Below, one piece after another: positions 36,885 to 45,471 of a DNA stretch of 64,000 bases. A program made the position numbers and the translations under genes. Numbering within the stretch: position 1 is the first letter of the stretch; each line of letters starts with the position of its first letter. The notes under the pieces were generated by a model. That model made no database searches. It was not told where the DNA came from and worked only from the letters and a program-made list of their open reading frames with translations. The stretch comes from Alphaproteobacteria bacterium (GTDB taxonomy: Bacteria; Pseudomonadota; Alphaproteobacteria; JAOXRX01). The stretch lies in contig JAOXRX010000037.1 of NCBI GenBank assembly GCA_025800285.1, forward strand, positions 52,651 to 116,650, given 5' to 3'.

Positions 36885-37547
36885 ATGAATATAGATTACA
36901 AGATATATAAGAGCTCTAGAAAAACTCTTTCTATAAAAGTACAAAACGGAGAGGTTATTGTCAAGGCTCCTTTAAAGTGCTCTGATAAAATGATTGCTGA
37001 TTTAATTCAAGAAAAACAATCTTGGATAAACAAACATTTAGACATAGAAAGCAAGAAACCTAAACTTTCATTTAATCATGGAGACATTATCCCATTCTTA
37101 GGGAACAACTACAAACTAATAATAGTGAACAAGTCTTTACAAGACAAAGTTATACTAGATGATGAGGAAATAATAGTTTTCTCAAAAAAAGATGACATTA
37201 AAAATCATGAGAAATTATTAATTAACTGGTTTAAAAAGGAAGCTACAGAATTTATCTCAGATAGATATAAAAGCAATGCCACGCTTTTTGATTATAAAAA
37301 AGCTCCTCCATTAAAAATTAGAGAATTTAAAAGTCGTTGGGGATCTTATCATAAAAAAGGTTTATCTGATCAAATAAAAATCAACTGGAAACTTATTATG
37401 TATCCCTCATTATGTATAGATTATGTGATAATACACGAACTAGCACATAAAACTCACAACAATCACTCTAAAGATTTTCATAATCTAGTAGAAATGAAGT
37501 TTCCAAACTGGAAAACAGCTAAAAACATTTTAGACTCTAAGAATTAA
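36885..37547 (+). CDS. YgjP/DUF45-family metal-dependent hydrolase (M48-like)
   Basis: YKIYKSSRKTLSIKVQNGEVIVKAP start and the HELAHKTHNNHSKDF zinc motif. The start taken is the ATG at 36885; the track ORF begins at 36867. Confidence 0.7.
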   Translation: MNIDYKIYKSSRKTLSIKVQNGEVIVKAPLKCSDKMIADLIQEKQSWINKHLDIESKKPKLSFNHGDIIPFLGNNYKLIIVNKSLQDKVILDDEEIIVFSKKDDIKNHEKLLINWFKKEATEFISDRYKSNATLFDYKKAPPLKIREFKSRWGSYHKKGLSDQIKINWKLIMYPSLCIDYVIIHELAHKTHNNHSKDFHNLVEMKFPNWKTAKNILDSKN

Positions 37548-37822
37548 GCCGCTAATTTTAATTTATATTTTCTATAAGATCTAGTTTTAATAATTCTATC
37601 AAACATTGGGGTAAAATCCATACCCTCAACCATTGTATAGTGCATTCCCCCGATTTCAAAAGAGTAGCCATGATCTCCATGAACTACAAAGTTGTCGGCA
37701 ACAACTTTAGACCCTTTAACACAACCATTTGCAATCTCTTTTAACAAACAAATAAGATATTTATCTAAACTTTCATCTCTCTTAACAACAACACTACTAC
37801 CTTCAATACCCTTTAATATCAA
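37544..37822 (-). CDS. Hypothetical 92-aa protein
   Basis: ORF only. No motif recognised. It converges on ygjP with a 4-nt overlap. Confidence 0.4.
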   Translation of the reverse strand: MILKGIEGSSVVVKRDESLDKYLICLLKEIANGCVKGSKVVADNFVVHGDHGYSFEIGGMHYTMVEGMDFTPMFDRIIKTRSYRKYKLKLAA

Positions 37823-37912
37823 AACTACCTCTTTCTTATTAAACTAATAACATTACCAATATATGTTATATAAATAACACATATTTTCAAAAAACACAAA
37901 GTTTATTTTAAC

Positions 37913-38293
37913 TTATTTATATTTTTTTCTTAATGTTGATTTACCACATGATGAACAAAACAAGTGATACGGTTGCAAAACTTTACCACAATGAATACAT
38001 TTAAAGTTATCTTCATCGACCCATTCACAATGCTTGTTATGCTGAATTAAAAAAACAATCAACAAACAAGGTATAAAAACAGCTAAAGATTTAGCAAAAA
38101 TGATTAAATTGAAATGACATACTGATTCGATCAAAAGCATGAAGTAACCCAATGTTAAAACAGAATAAGAGTATAAAGATAAATCCCTCACCTCTTTATG
38201 TTTATGAATTTTTATTACCTGCAACCAATATGCTATTGAAACTATAAATATAGCAGTCCATGAGAAAAACTCAAAAGCGAAATTAATATCCAT
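37913..38293 (-). CDS. SemiSWEET/PQ-loop-like 3-TM protein with a C-terminal zinc-ribbon extension
   Basis: TAIFIVSIAYWLQVIKIHKHKEVRDLSLYSYSVLTLGYFMLLI parallels the SemiSWEET pattern 'vAYaPQ.iK..k.ks..dlSl......l.g...Wl.Y'. The tail is CEW...CIHCGKVLQPYHLFCSSCGK, with CxxC-x10-CxxC. Confidence 0.5.
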   Translation of the reverse strand: MDINFAFEFFSWTAIFIVSIAYWLQVIKIHKHKEVRDLSLYSYSVLTLGYFMLLIESVCHFNLIIFAKSLAVFIPCLLIVFLIQHNKHCEWVDEDNFKCIHCGKVLQPYHLFCSSCGKSTLRKKYK

Positions 38294-38344
38294 TTTTATT
38301 ACCTTTTTACTTGATTTTTTTATTTTTTATGTTATAGCTTAAAT

Positions 38345-38920
38345 ATGATTAAATTACCAGAAAAAAATAAAAAACTCCTATTACATGCATGTTGTGCACC
38401 TTGCTGTTGTGCTATTGCTAAAGAGTTAAAAAACTCTGGTATTGATTTTACTGTTTTTTTCTACAACCCTAACATCTTCCCTTCAAAAGAATATGAGAAG
38501 AGAAAACAGGAGTTAATTAGATATTGTAAAAAAATTAAAGTTCCGCTTATAATAGCTGAAGATGAAAAAAGCAAAAAACAATGGGAAGAAGCAGTAAGAG
38601 GATTAGAATTACAACCAGAAAGAGGCAAGAGATGCTGTAAGTGTATAAATCATAGATTATATAAAACAGCCAAATATGCTTCTAAAAATGACTTTGATAT
38701 AATATCATCAACTCTATCAATATCTAAATTTAAAGACTTTATAATAGTTACAAACTCTGGTAAAGAAGCGGTAAAAGAATTTAAAAATGTTGATTTTTGG
38801 GCTCAAAACTGGAGAGAAATTATAAACCAAGAAGAGCCAAATAAAATATCTCGTGAAGAGAACTTTTATAGACAAAGATATTGCGGTTGCTTCTATTCTA
38901 TCGGAGATGCTTTAAAATGA
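38345..38920 (+). CDS. queH: Epoxyqueuosine reductase QueH (DUF208)
   Basis: LLLHACCAPCC, FFYNPNIFPSKEYEKR, PERGKRCCKC and the C-terminal YRQRYCGC are QueH hallmarks. Confidence 0.8.
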   Translation: MIKLPEKNKKLLLHACCAPCCCAIAKELKNSGIDFTVFFYNPNIFPSKEYEKRKQELIRYCKKIKVPLIIAEDEKSKKQWEEAVRGLELQPERGKRCCKCINHRLYKTAKYASKNDFDIISSTLSISKFKDFIIVTNSGKEAVKEFKNVDFWAQNWREIINQEEPNKISREENFYRQRYCGCFYSIGDALK

Positions 38921-39717
38921 TAAAAAATAAAGACAATATTCCAATTTGGTCAGAAAAAGATTTTGATGGCATGAGAAAAGCTGGTAAGCTAGCAGCTGAA
39001 ACACTTGACTATATAACAGATTTTGTTAAAGAAGGCATATCAACATTAGAGCTTAATGATTTATGTGCAAAGTTCATAAAAGATAATGGAGCTATAGCAG
39101 CCCCTTTAAATTATAATGGATACCCTAAAGAAGTTTGTATTTCCCTTAACAATGTAATTTGCCATGGCATACCTGATGAAAAAACAGTACTTAAAGATGG
39201 TGATATTTTAAACATTGATGTAACGGTTATATTAAACGGTTGGTACGGAGATACTAGCAGAATGTTTACAGTAGGAAAAACATCTGTAAGAGCTCAAAAG
39301 TTAATTGATAAAACTTACGAGGCTCTTATGGCTGCGATTAATGCTGTTAGACCAGGAATGAAACTTTATGAAGTTGGTGAAATAATTGAACAAGTAACAA
39401 AACCTTATAACTTTTCTATAGTTAGGGATTTTTGCGGACATGGATTGGGTAAAGAATTTCATACTCAGCCTATGGTACTACATTATAAAAGCAAATTGCA
39501 TAACAATATAACTCTAGAAGAAGGGATGTTCTTCACAATAGAGCCTATGATCAATGCTGGTAAATACGATGCTAAAATACTAAGCGATGGATGGACAGCT
39601 GTAACAAAAGACAGAAGCCTATCTGCTCAATTTGAGCATTCTATCGGAGTCACAAAAGATGGTGTTGAAATATTCACATCTTCCCCTAAAGGCTTAGACA
39701 AACCTCCATATAAATAA
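38917..39717 (+). CDS. map: Type I methionine aminopeptidase
   Basis: Metal ligands lie in NIDVT (D), GDTSRMF (D), CGHGLG (H), FTIEPM (E) and QFEHSIG (E). The ATG at 38917 overlaps the queH stop (ATGA). Confidence 0.93.
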   Translation: MIKNKDNIPIWSEKDFDGMRKAGKLAAETLDYITDFVKEGISTLELNDLCAKFIKDNGAIAAPLNYNGYPKEVCISLNNVICHGIPDEKTVLKDGDILNIDVTVILNGWYGDTSRMFTVGKTSVRAQKLIDKTYEALMAAINAVRPGMKLYEVGEIIEQVTKPYNFSIVRDFCGHGLGKEFHTQPMVLHYKSKLHNNITLEEGMFFTIEPMINAGKYDAKILSDGWTAVTKDRSLSAQFEHSIGVTKDGVEIFTSSPKGLDKPPYK

Positions 39718-39760
39718 TATATTTACATAAGATTTTGGATTAACTTCTATTTAAAAGCAC

Positions 39761-40525
39761 TTAAGCTTTTAAAAAAATATTTTTAAAATTATCTTCAAGC
39801 TGTTTTTCTAAAGCATCTTCTTCAACACCCTTTAACATTGCTACCTTTTTAAAAGTCTCAATCACATAAGCAGGTTCACACTTTTTACCCCTATAAGGAA
39901 CAGGTGCTAAATATGGAGAATCAGTCTCTACTAAAAGTTGTTCTATAGGACATAAGCAAACTGCATCTCTAACATTAGACCCATTTTTAAAAGTTACTAT
40001 TCCAGATATAGAGATATAGTACCCTTTTTCAATCGCCCATTTTGCCAACTCAATCCCAGCAGAAAAACAATGTATAATAACTTTTGATTTTCCTGTATGA
40101 TACTTATCCATAATTCTCATCATATCTTCATCTGAGTCCCTATTATGAATAACAAGAGGTAAACCTGTATCTTCACTAGCCTTTATATGCTTAATAAAAT
40201 TAGCTTTTTGAGATTCTTTACAAATATCTTTATATGAATAATCTAGTCCACTTTCTCCAATAGCAACACATTTTGGATGCTTTGAAAAAGAGATTAAATC
40301 GTTATAAACTTTTTCCAAATCTTGTTCTAAAGCTTCTGGATGAATCCCAACTGCAAAATAAAGGCTATCATTTTCTTCTGCTATTTTTTGTGATATCTCG
40401 AATTCTCTTCTCTCTGCTGCAATAGTTATCATCTTTTCAACACCAACCGCTTTTGCATTATCTATAACTTGCTTAAGCTCTAATGGTGTCAATTCATCTA
40501 AATGACAATGAGTATCTATAATCAT
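39761..40525 (-). CDS. TatD-family metal-dependent hydrolase/DNase
   Basis: MIIDTHCHLD, AIGESGLDY, VIHNRDS, HCFSG and ETDSPYLAP motifs. Confidence 0.85.
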   Translation of the reverse strand: MIIDTHCHLDELTPLELKQVIDNAKAVGVEKMITIAAERREFEISQKIAEENDSLYFAVGIHPEALEQDLEKVYNDLISFSKHPKCVAIGESGLDYSYKDICKESQKANFIKHIKASEDTGLPLVIHNRDSDEDMMRIMDKYHTGKSKVIIHCFSAGIELAKWAIEKGYYISISGIVTFKNGSNVRDAVCLCPIEQLLVETDSPYLAPVPYRGKKCEPAYVIETFKKVAMLKGVEEDALEKQLEDNFKNIFLKA

Positions 40526-40583
40526 AATTCACCTTTCTTTTATAATCATCAACAAGCTAAAAAGCTATTAATGATATAATAAA

Positions 40584-41876
40584 TTACTTTATCCTTTTTA
40601 ATCTTGCAATAAAGAACCCATCGCTTGATATATGCTCATTTATATCTGAAGGTATTATTCTAATCATACCTTCTTTATTTATAATTGAGGATAATCCCTC
40701 AACCTCTTCAGGTTTTACCGGAAGTAGTTCAAAATTCTTATTACTATCTAAGAAGTTTTTAATCTGCTCTTCACCTTCTTCTTTTTGCAGAGAACATGTA
40801 GAATAAATCATAGTTCCTCCTACTTGAAGAAGATTAGAAATATTCTTTAGAATATCTTTTTGTAAAATTACCAAATCTTTTATCTGCTGAGGCTTTTTAA
40901 AATATAAAGCATCGGGATTTTTTCTAATTGTCCCCGTAGCAGAGCACGGAGCATCAATCAAAATAGCATCAAAATTACCCTCGTCATATTTAGTTGCATC
41001 TGCCTCTTCAATTTTAACATCAAAGCTTAATCTTTCCATATTCTCTGAAAGAATTTTTAATCTTTTATTATTCTTGTCTATTGCTATTACATCTGCTCTA
41101 GCATTTGCAAGCTGAGCAGTTTTTCCTCCTGGAGCAGCACAACAATCTAATACTCTTTTAGATCTTATATCACCTAGCAACCTTGCAGGCAAAGAGCTCT
41201 CAAACCCTTGAACCCACCACTCTCCTGCTGAGAATCCACTTGCATTTGGGACATTCATGCTATCTCTACATTTCAACAAAGACCCAAATTCACTTGAAGC
41301 CTTAGAATATACAACTTCTGCTTCTAATTCCTTTTCCCATTTATCTGGATTTGATTTAACATTAATGTACAAAGGATATCTCTTCAGAGAATATTCCATA
41401 ATACTTTTTGTTTTTTCTATACCATATTGTTTTGTCCATGACTCAACTAACCATTTAGGGAAATTTTGGGAAACATCAATATTATTTAGATTATCTATTT
41501 TACATATTTTTCTAACTACAGCATTAACCAAACCTTTTAATTTTGTTTTCTTCATAAATTGAGTTGCATTTACTGCATTATTAACCACGGCATAATCTGG
41601 AGACTCTGCAAAAAAGTGTTCAGCTGCCGCTACTCTTAGAACATACATGATGTCAATTGGCACTCTTTTAGGATTTGCTAAAAACTTATTAATGACAACA
41701 TCTAATTGCCCCATATGTCTTAAGCACTCATTAACCAATAGCATTGCAAAATTTTTATCATTTTGCTTTAGTTTTGCATATTTTGAGTTACTATTAATTG
41801 CATGGATTAAACTCTTTTTGTCATTTATACAATTCTTTAATATTTGAGCTGCTACAACTCTACTTACTTCTGTCAT
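40584..41876 (-). CDS. rsmB: 16S rRNA (cytosine967-C5)-methyltransferase RsmB/Sun
   Basis: N-terminal NusB-like domain, then DCCAAPGGKT (SAM), IDAPCSATG and YSTCS catalytic Cys motifs. Confidence 0.85.
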   Translation of the reverse strand: MTEVSRVVAAQILKNCINDKKSLIHAINSNSKYAKLKQNDKNFAMLLVNECLRHMGQLDVVINKFLANPKRVPIDIMYVLRVAAAEHFFAESPDYAVVNNAVNATQFMKKTKLKGLVNAVVRKICKIDNLNNIDVSQNFPKWLVESWTKQYGIEKTKSIMEYSLKRYPLYINVKSNPDKWEKELEAEVVYSKASSEFGSLLKCRDSMNVPNASGFSAGEWWVQGFESSLPARLLGDIRSKRVLDCCAAPGGKTAQLANARADVIAIDKNNKRLKILSENMERLSFDVKIEEADATKYDEGNFDAILIDAPCSATGTIRKNPDALYFKKPQQIKDLVILQKDILKNISNLLQVGGTMIYSTCSLQKEEGEEQIKNFLDSNKNFELLPVKPEEVEGLSSIINKEGMIRIIPSDINEHISSDGFFIARLKRIK

Positions 41877-41877
41877 A

Positions 41878-42501
41878 TTATTTTTTCTTTTCTTTAATTA
41901 GCTCGTAAGCTTTGTTTATTTCTGCCATTTTCTTTTCTAAAAGACTTATCATTTCTACAGGCATTCCGCAAGCAATTAAATGATCTGGATGATATTTTTT
42001 CACAAGATAATGATATCTTAATTTAAGCTCTTCTTTAGAAACTCCCTCATTAACTCCTAAAATGAAGTACGGATTTGATAAATCATAAACATTATTTATA
42101 TTACAAATCCTTAAAAAAGAACTATTATCTATTTGAAATATTTTTGCAACACTTCTTATCTCTTCTAAAGCCTCATCACTAAGCTTACCATTTGCTTTAG
42201 CTATTTGTATAAAAGCTGACAATAACTCTTCCAAGACTTCTGGGTATTTCTTAAATTTTTTATAAAGAACCTTTGCATGCAAATCAAACCCTTTAATTTC
42301 TTTAGAGGATAAATCAAATATTCTTTCAACATTGCCTATTTCCTCTTTCTTTGATTTAAAGATATCAAAAAAAACTTTCTTTTTTAAGAACAAATCATCA
42401 TCTCCAGCACGAGCAACTTTAGCAGACAAAGACACGATAGCAGAAGTTGTGTTTATCTGCTGATTTATTTCTTTTATCTTGCCTATGATTTTCTTAATCA
42501 T
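41878..42501 (-). CDS. DjlA-like co-chaperone (TerB-like domain plus a C-terminal J domain)
   Basis: The C-terminal PYFILGVNEGVSKEELKLRYHYLVKKYHPD carries the HPD tripeptide. The middle region resembles TerB/DjlA. The gene overlaps the sufD end by 8 nt. Confidence 0.65.
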   Translation of the reverse strand: MIKKIIGKIKEINQQINTTSAIVSLSAKVARAGDDDLFLKKKVFFDIFKSKKEEIGNVERIFDLSSKEIKGFDLHAKVLYKKFKKYPEVLEELLSAFIQIAKANGKLSDEALEEIRSVAKIFQIDNSSFLRICNINNVYDLSNPYFILGVNEGVSKEELKLRYHYLVKKYHPDHLIACGMPVEMISLLEKKMAEINKAYELIKEKKK

Positions 42502-43180
42502 TTTTATTCTCGTTTATAAGATCAAATATTTTCTCTTTTATAGAATTATCACTAACAAACTTTACAGCTTCATCTAAAAATCCATCAATCAGCATTTCTC
42601 TTGCCAAGGATTCTGGAATCCCTCTACTTTGCAAATAGAACACTGCTGTTTTATCCAAGTTTCCAACCGTATTACCATGAGCACACTGAACATCATCATT
42701 ATAAATTTCTAACTCTGGTTTAGCCATAATTTTTGCATCATCTGATAGTACCATAGCTCTGTGCAACTGTTTAGCTTCTGTTTTAACAGCTCCTTCAGCA
42801 ACCAAACTCTTCATTAGAAGATTTGCTCTTGATTTGTCTTTTGCAATACCTCTAATATTTATTGAGGAAGAACATTTTGGCTTATCATGGAAAACATTTA
42901 TGTTAATATTAGCTTCTTGTTTATCTTTTAAAGAGTAAACACCCGCTATATTCGCTTCACAATTTTCTGACTCCATATTGACACTAATATCTATACTATT
43001 AGCTTTATTTATGAAAAAAGTTTCAAAATAAGATTTTTCTTCTTGTTTTACTTTTAGGCAAACATCATCTTCACTATCTAATAAATACAGATATAGTCTT
43101 GCATTTCTTTTTACGACAATGACATCTTCACTGTGAGCATCTATAATTCTATGTTCTGTATTTTCTGTTACATTAAGCAT
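42494..43180 (-). CDS. sufD: Fe-S cluster assembly protein SufD (short form, 228 aa)
   Basis: PELEIYNDDVQCAHGNTVGNLDKTAVFYLQSRGIPESLAREMLIDGF is the conserved SufD C-terminal core. The gene is translationally coupled to sufC by a 1-nt overlap. Confidence 0.8.
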   Translation of the reverse strand: MLNVTENTEHRIIDAHSEDVIVVKRNARLYLYLLDSEDDVCLKVKQEEKSYFETFFINKANSIDISVNMESENCEANIAGVYSLKDKQEANININVFHDKPKCSSSINIRGIAKDKSRANLLMKSLVAEGAVKTEAKQLHRAMVLSDDAKIMAKPELEIYNDDVQCAHGNTVGNLDKTAVFYLQSRGIPESLAREMLIDGFLDEAVKFVSDNSIKEKIFDLINENKND

Positions 43181-43911
43181 TATGATTTATACCCTGTCTC
43201 TTCCAGCTCAAGAGCAAGATTCTTATCACCTGTTTTAGTTATTTTTCCATCTGCTAAAACATGAATAAAATCTGGCTGTATATAATCTAACAATCGTTGA
43301 TAGTGAGTAATAATTAAGAACGACCTACCTTCACTTCTAAGTCTATTAACACCGTCTGCGACTTCTCGTAGAGCATCAATATCCAAGCCCGAATCCGTCT
43401 CATCCATAATTATCATATCTGGCTGTAGCATAGTCATTTGCAAGACTTCATTTCTTTTCTTTTCTCCACCTGAGAATCCAGAATTAACTCCTCTTTTACC
43501 CATATCAGAATGAATATGTAAATCTTTAATACTTGCTGATAGAGCTTTCATAAACTCTAAAGTATTCATTTCTTTTTCTCCAAGAAACTTTCTCTTTGAG
43601 TTTATTGCCATTCTTAAAAATGTATTATTTGTAACACCTTCTATCTCAACTGGATACTGAAAAGCTAAGAATAAACCATTATTTGCTCTTTCATCAATAC
43701 TCATGTTTAATAGGTTATGACCTTTAAAATCTACATGACCATCAGTTACCTCATAACCCTCTTTACCTGCAAGAGTATAAGAAAGTGTAGACTTACCTGC
43801 TCCATTAGGACCCATTATAGCATGAACCTCCCCAGGATTAATATCTAAGCTCAATCCCTTGATAATTTCTTTATCTTGTACTTTTACTTTTAAGTTTTCT
43901 ATTTTTAGCAT
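43180..43911 (-). CDS. sufC: Fe-S cluster assembly ATPase SufC
   Basis: GPNGAGKST (Walker A), FSGGEKKRNEVLQM (signature) and IIMDETDSGLD (Walker B). Confidence 0.95.
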   Translation of the reverse strand: MLKIENLKVKVQDKEIIKGLSLDINPGEVHAIMGPNGAGKSTLSYTLAGKEGYEVTDGHVDFKGHNLLNMSIDERANNGLFLAFQYPVEIEGVTNNTFLRMAINSKRKFLGEKEMNTLEFMKALSASIKDLHIHSDMGKRGVNSGFSGGEKKRNEVLQMTMLQPDMIIMDETDSGLDIDALREVADGVNRLRSEGRSFLIITHYQRLLDYIQPDFIHVLADGKITKTGDKNLALELEETGYKS

Positions 43912-43924
43912 TTTTATTTCCTAT

Positions 43925-45328
43925 CTAACCTACTGATCCTTCTAGGGATAAACTAATCAATTCTTGTGCTTCAGAGGCAAACTCTAATGGCATCTTAGTC
44001 ATAACATCTGCACAAAATCCATTTACTATAAGAGATACTGCATCCTCTTCTTTTACACCTCTTTGCTGACAGTAAAACAACTGTTGTTCTGAAATCTTAG
44101 ATGTAGTAGCTTCATGCTCTAATATTGAGCTTTTGTTATCATTCTCTACCACTGGGAATGTATGAGCACCACATTTATCTCCTATAAGAAGGCTATCACA
44201 TTGAGTATAATTTCTGGCATTTTCTGCATTTTTTAGCACTTTTACCATTCCTCTATATGAAGATTCCGATTTACCACAGCTAATAGTTTTTGCAATAATC
44301 TTAGAGGTTGTATTCTTCCCAATATGTATCATCTTTGTTCCTGTATCAGCTTGCTGATAATTATTAGTTATAGCTATTGAATAGAACTCTCCTATTGAAT
44401 TATCTCCTTTAAGAATACAACTAGGGTACTTCCATGTTATAGCAGATCCTGTTTCAATTTGAGCCCAACTAATTTTTGCATTATTGTAAGCAGTTCCCCT
44501 TTTGGTAACAAAGTTATATATACCACCATTGCCCTGCTCATCTCCTGCAAACCAATTTTGTACTGTGGAGTATTTAATATCAGCACCATCAAGAGCAACT
44601 AATTCAACAACAGCTGAATGCAATTGATTTTCATCTCTTTGAGGAGCTGTACAACCTTCCAAGTAAGATACAGAAGCACCCTCATCTGCCACGATTAGAG
44701 TTCTCTCAAACTGCCCTGTTTTTTCACTATTAATTCTAAAATATGTGGATAGATCCATTGGGCATTTAACACCTTTAGGAATGTAAACAAAACTACCATC
44801 AGAAAATACCGCAGAATTCAAACAAGCGAAATAGTTATCAGTTGCAGGAACAACTGTAGCTAAATATTTCTTAACTAGCTCTGGATGATTCTTTACAGCA
44901 GATGAGAACGAACAGAAAATTATGCCTAAATCTTCCAACTCTTTTCTATGAGTAGTAATTACAGAGACACTATCAAAAACAGCATCAACTGCAATTTTAT
45001 TTTCCTGAGTCTCATTTATAGGAACACCTAATTTTTCATAAGTTTCTTTAAGCTCTTTATCTTCTTTATTCTCTGGTTCTGAATAATAGAAAATATCTTG
45101 ATAATCTATTTCTGGATAATCTAGCTTAGCCCACTTAGGCTCTTTCATTTGCAACCATTTGCTATAAGCATTAAGTCTAAACTCTAACAACCACTCTGGT
45201 TCTTCTTTTTTAGAAGAAATAAGTTTAATAATTTCTTCATTAAGCCCCTTTGGTATCTTATTGCTTTTTATCTCACTTACAAAACCATATTTATAATGGC
45301 TATTTGCAACTTTTTTTATTTCTTCCAT
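43925..45328 (-). CDS. sufB: Fe-S cluster assembly scaffold SufB
   Basis: 467 aa. YLEGCTAP..., the C-terminal [20 protein letters not shown] and LEGSVG tail are typical of SufB. Confidence 0.95.
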   Translation of the reverse strand: MEEIKKVANSHYKYGFVSEIKSNKIPKGLNEEIIKLISSKKEEPEWLLEFRLNAYSKWLQMKEPKWAKLDYPEIDYQDIFYYSEPENKEDKELKETYEKLGVPINETQENKIAVDAVFDSVSVITTHRKELEDLGIIFCSFSSAVKNHPELVKKYLATVVPATDNYFACLNSAVFSDGSFVYIPKGVKCPMDLSTYFRINSEKTGQFERTLIVADEGASVSYLEGCTAPQRDENQLHSAVVELVALDGADIKYSTVQNWFAGDEQGNGGIYNFVTKRGTAYNNAKISWAQIETGSAITWKYPSCILKGDNSIGEFYSIAITNNYQQADTGTKMIHIGKNTTSKIIAKTISCGKSESSYRGMVKVLKNAENARNYTQCDSLLIGDKCGAHTFPVVENDNKSSILEHEATTSKISEQQLFYCQQRGVKEEDAVSLIVNGFCADVMTKMPLEFASEAQELISLSLEGSVG

Positions 45329-45417
45329 AGAGCTTTTTTATAACAGAAAAAGAAAATAAAATCAATTATTGTTTTAAATAAAAAATAAAATTTTATAAAA
45401 TCAAGCGGATAAAAAAA

Positions 45418-45454
45418 TAGAGAAAAAGATCGAAATCTTTTTCTCTATTTACAC
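45418..45454 (-). terminator. Rho-independent terminator after the hybrid kinase gene
   Basis: Perfect 13-bp stem TAGAGAAAAAGAT / ATCTTTTTCTCTA (45418-45447) with loop CGAA. A T-run follows on the minus strand. Confidence 0.75.
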
Positions 45455-45471
45455 TGTTCTTTATGCTAAAA

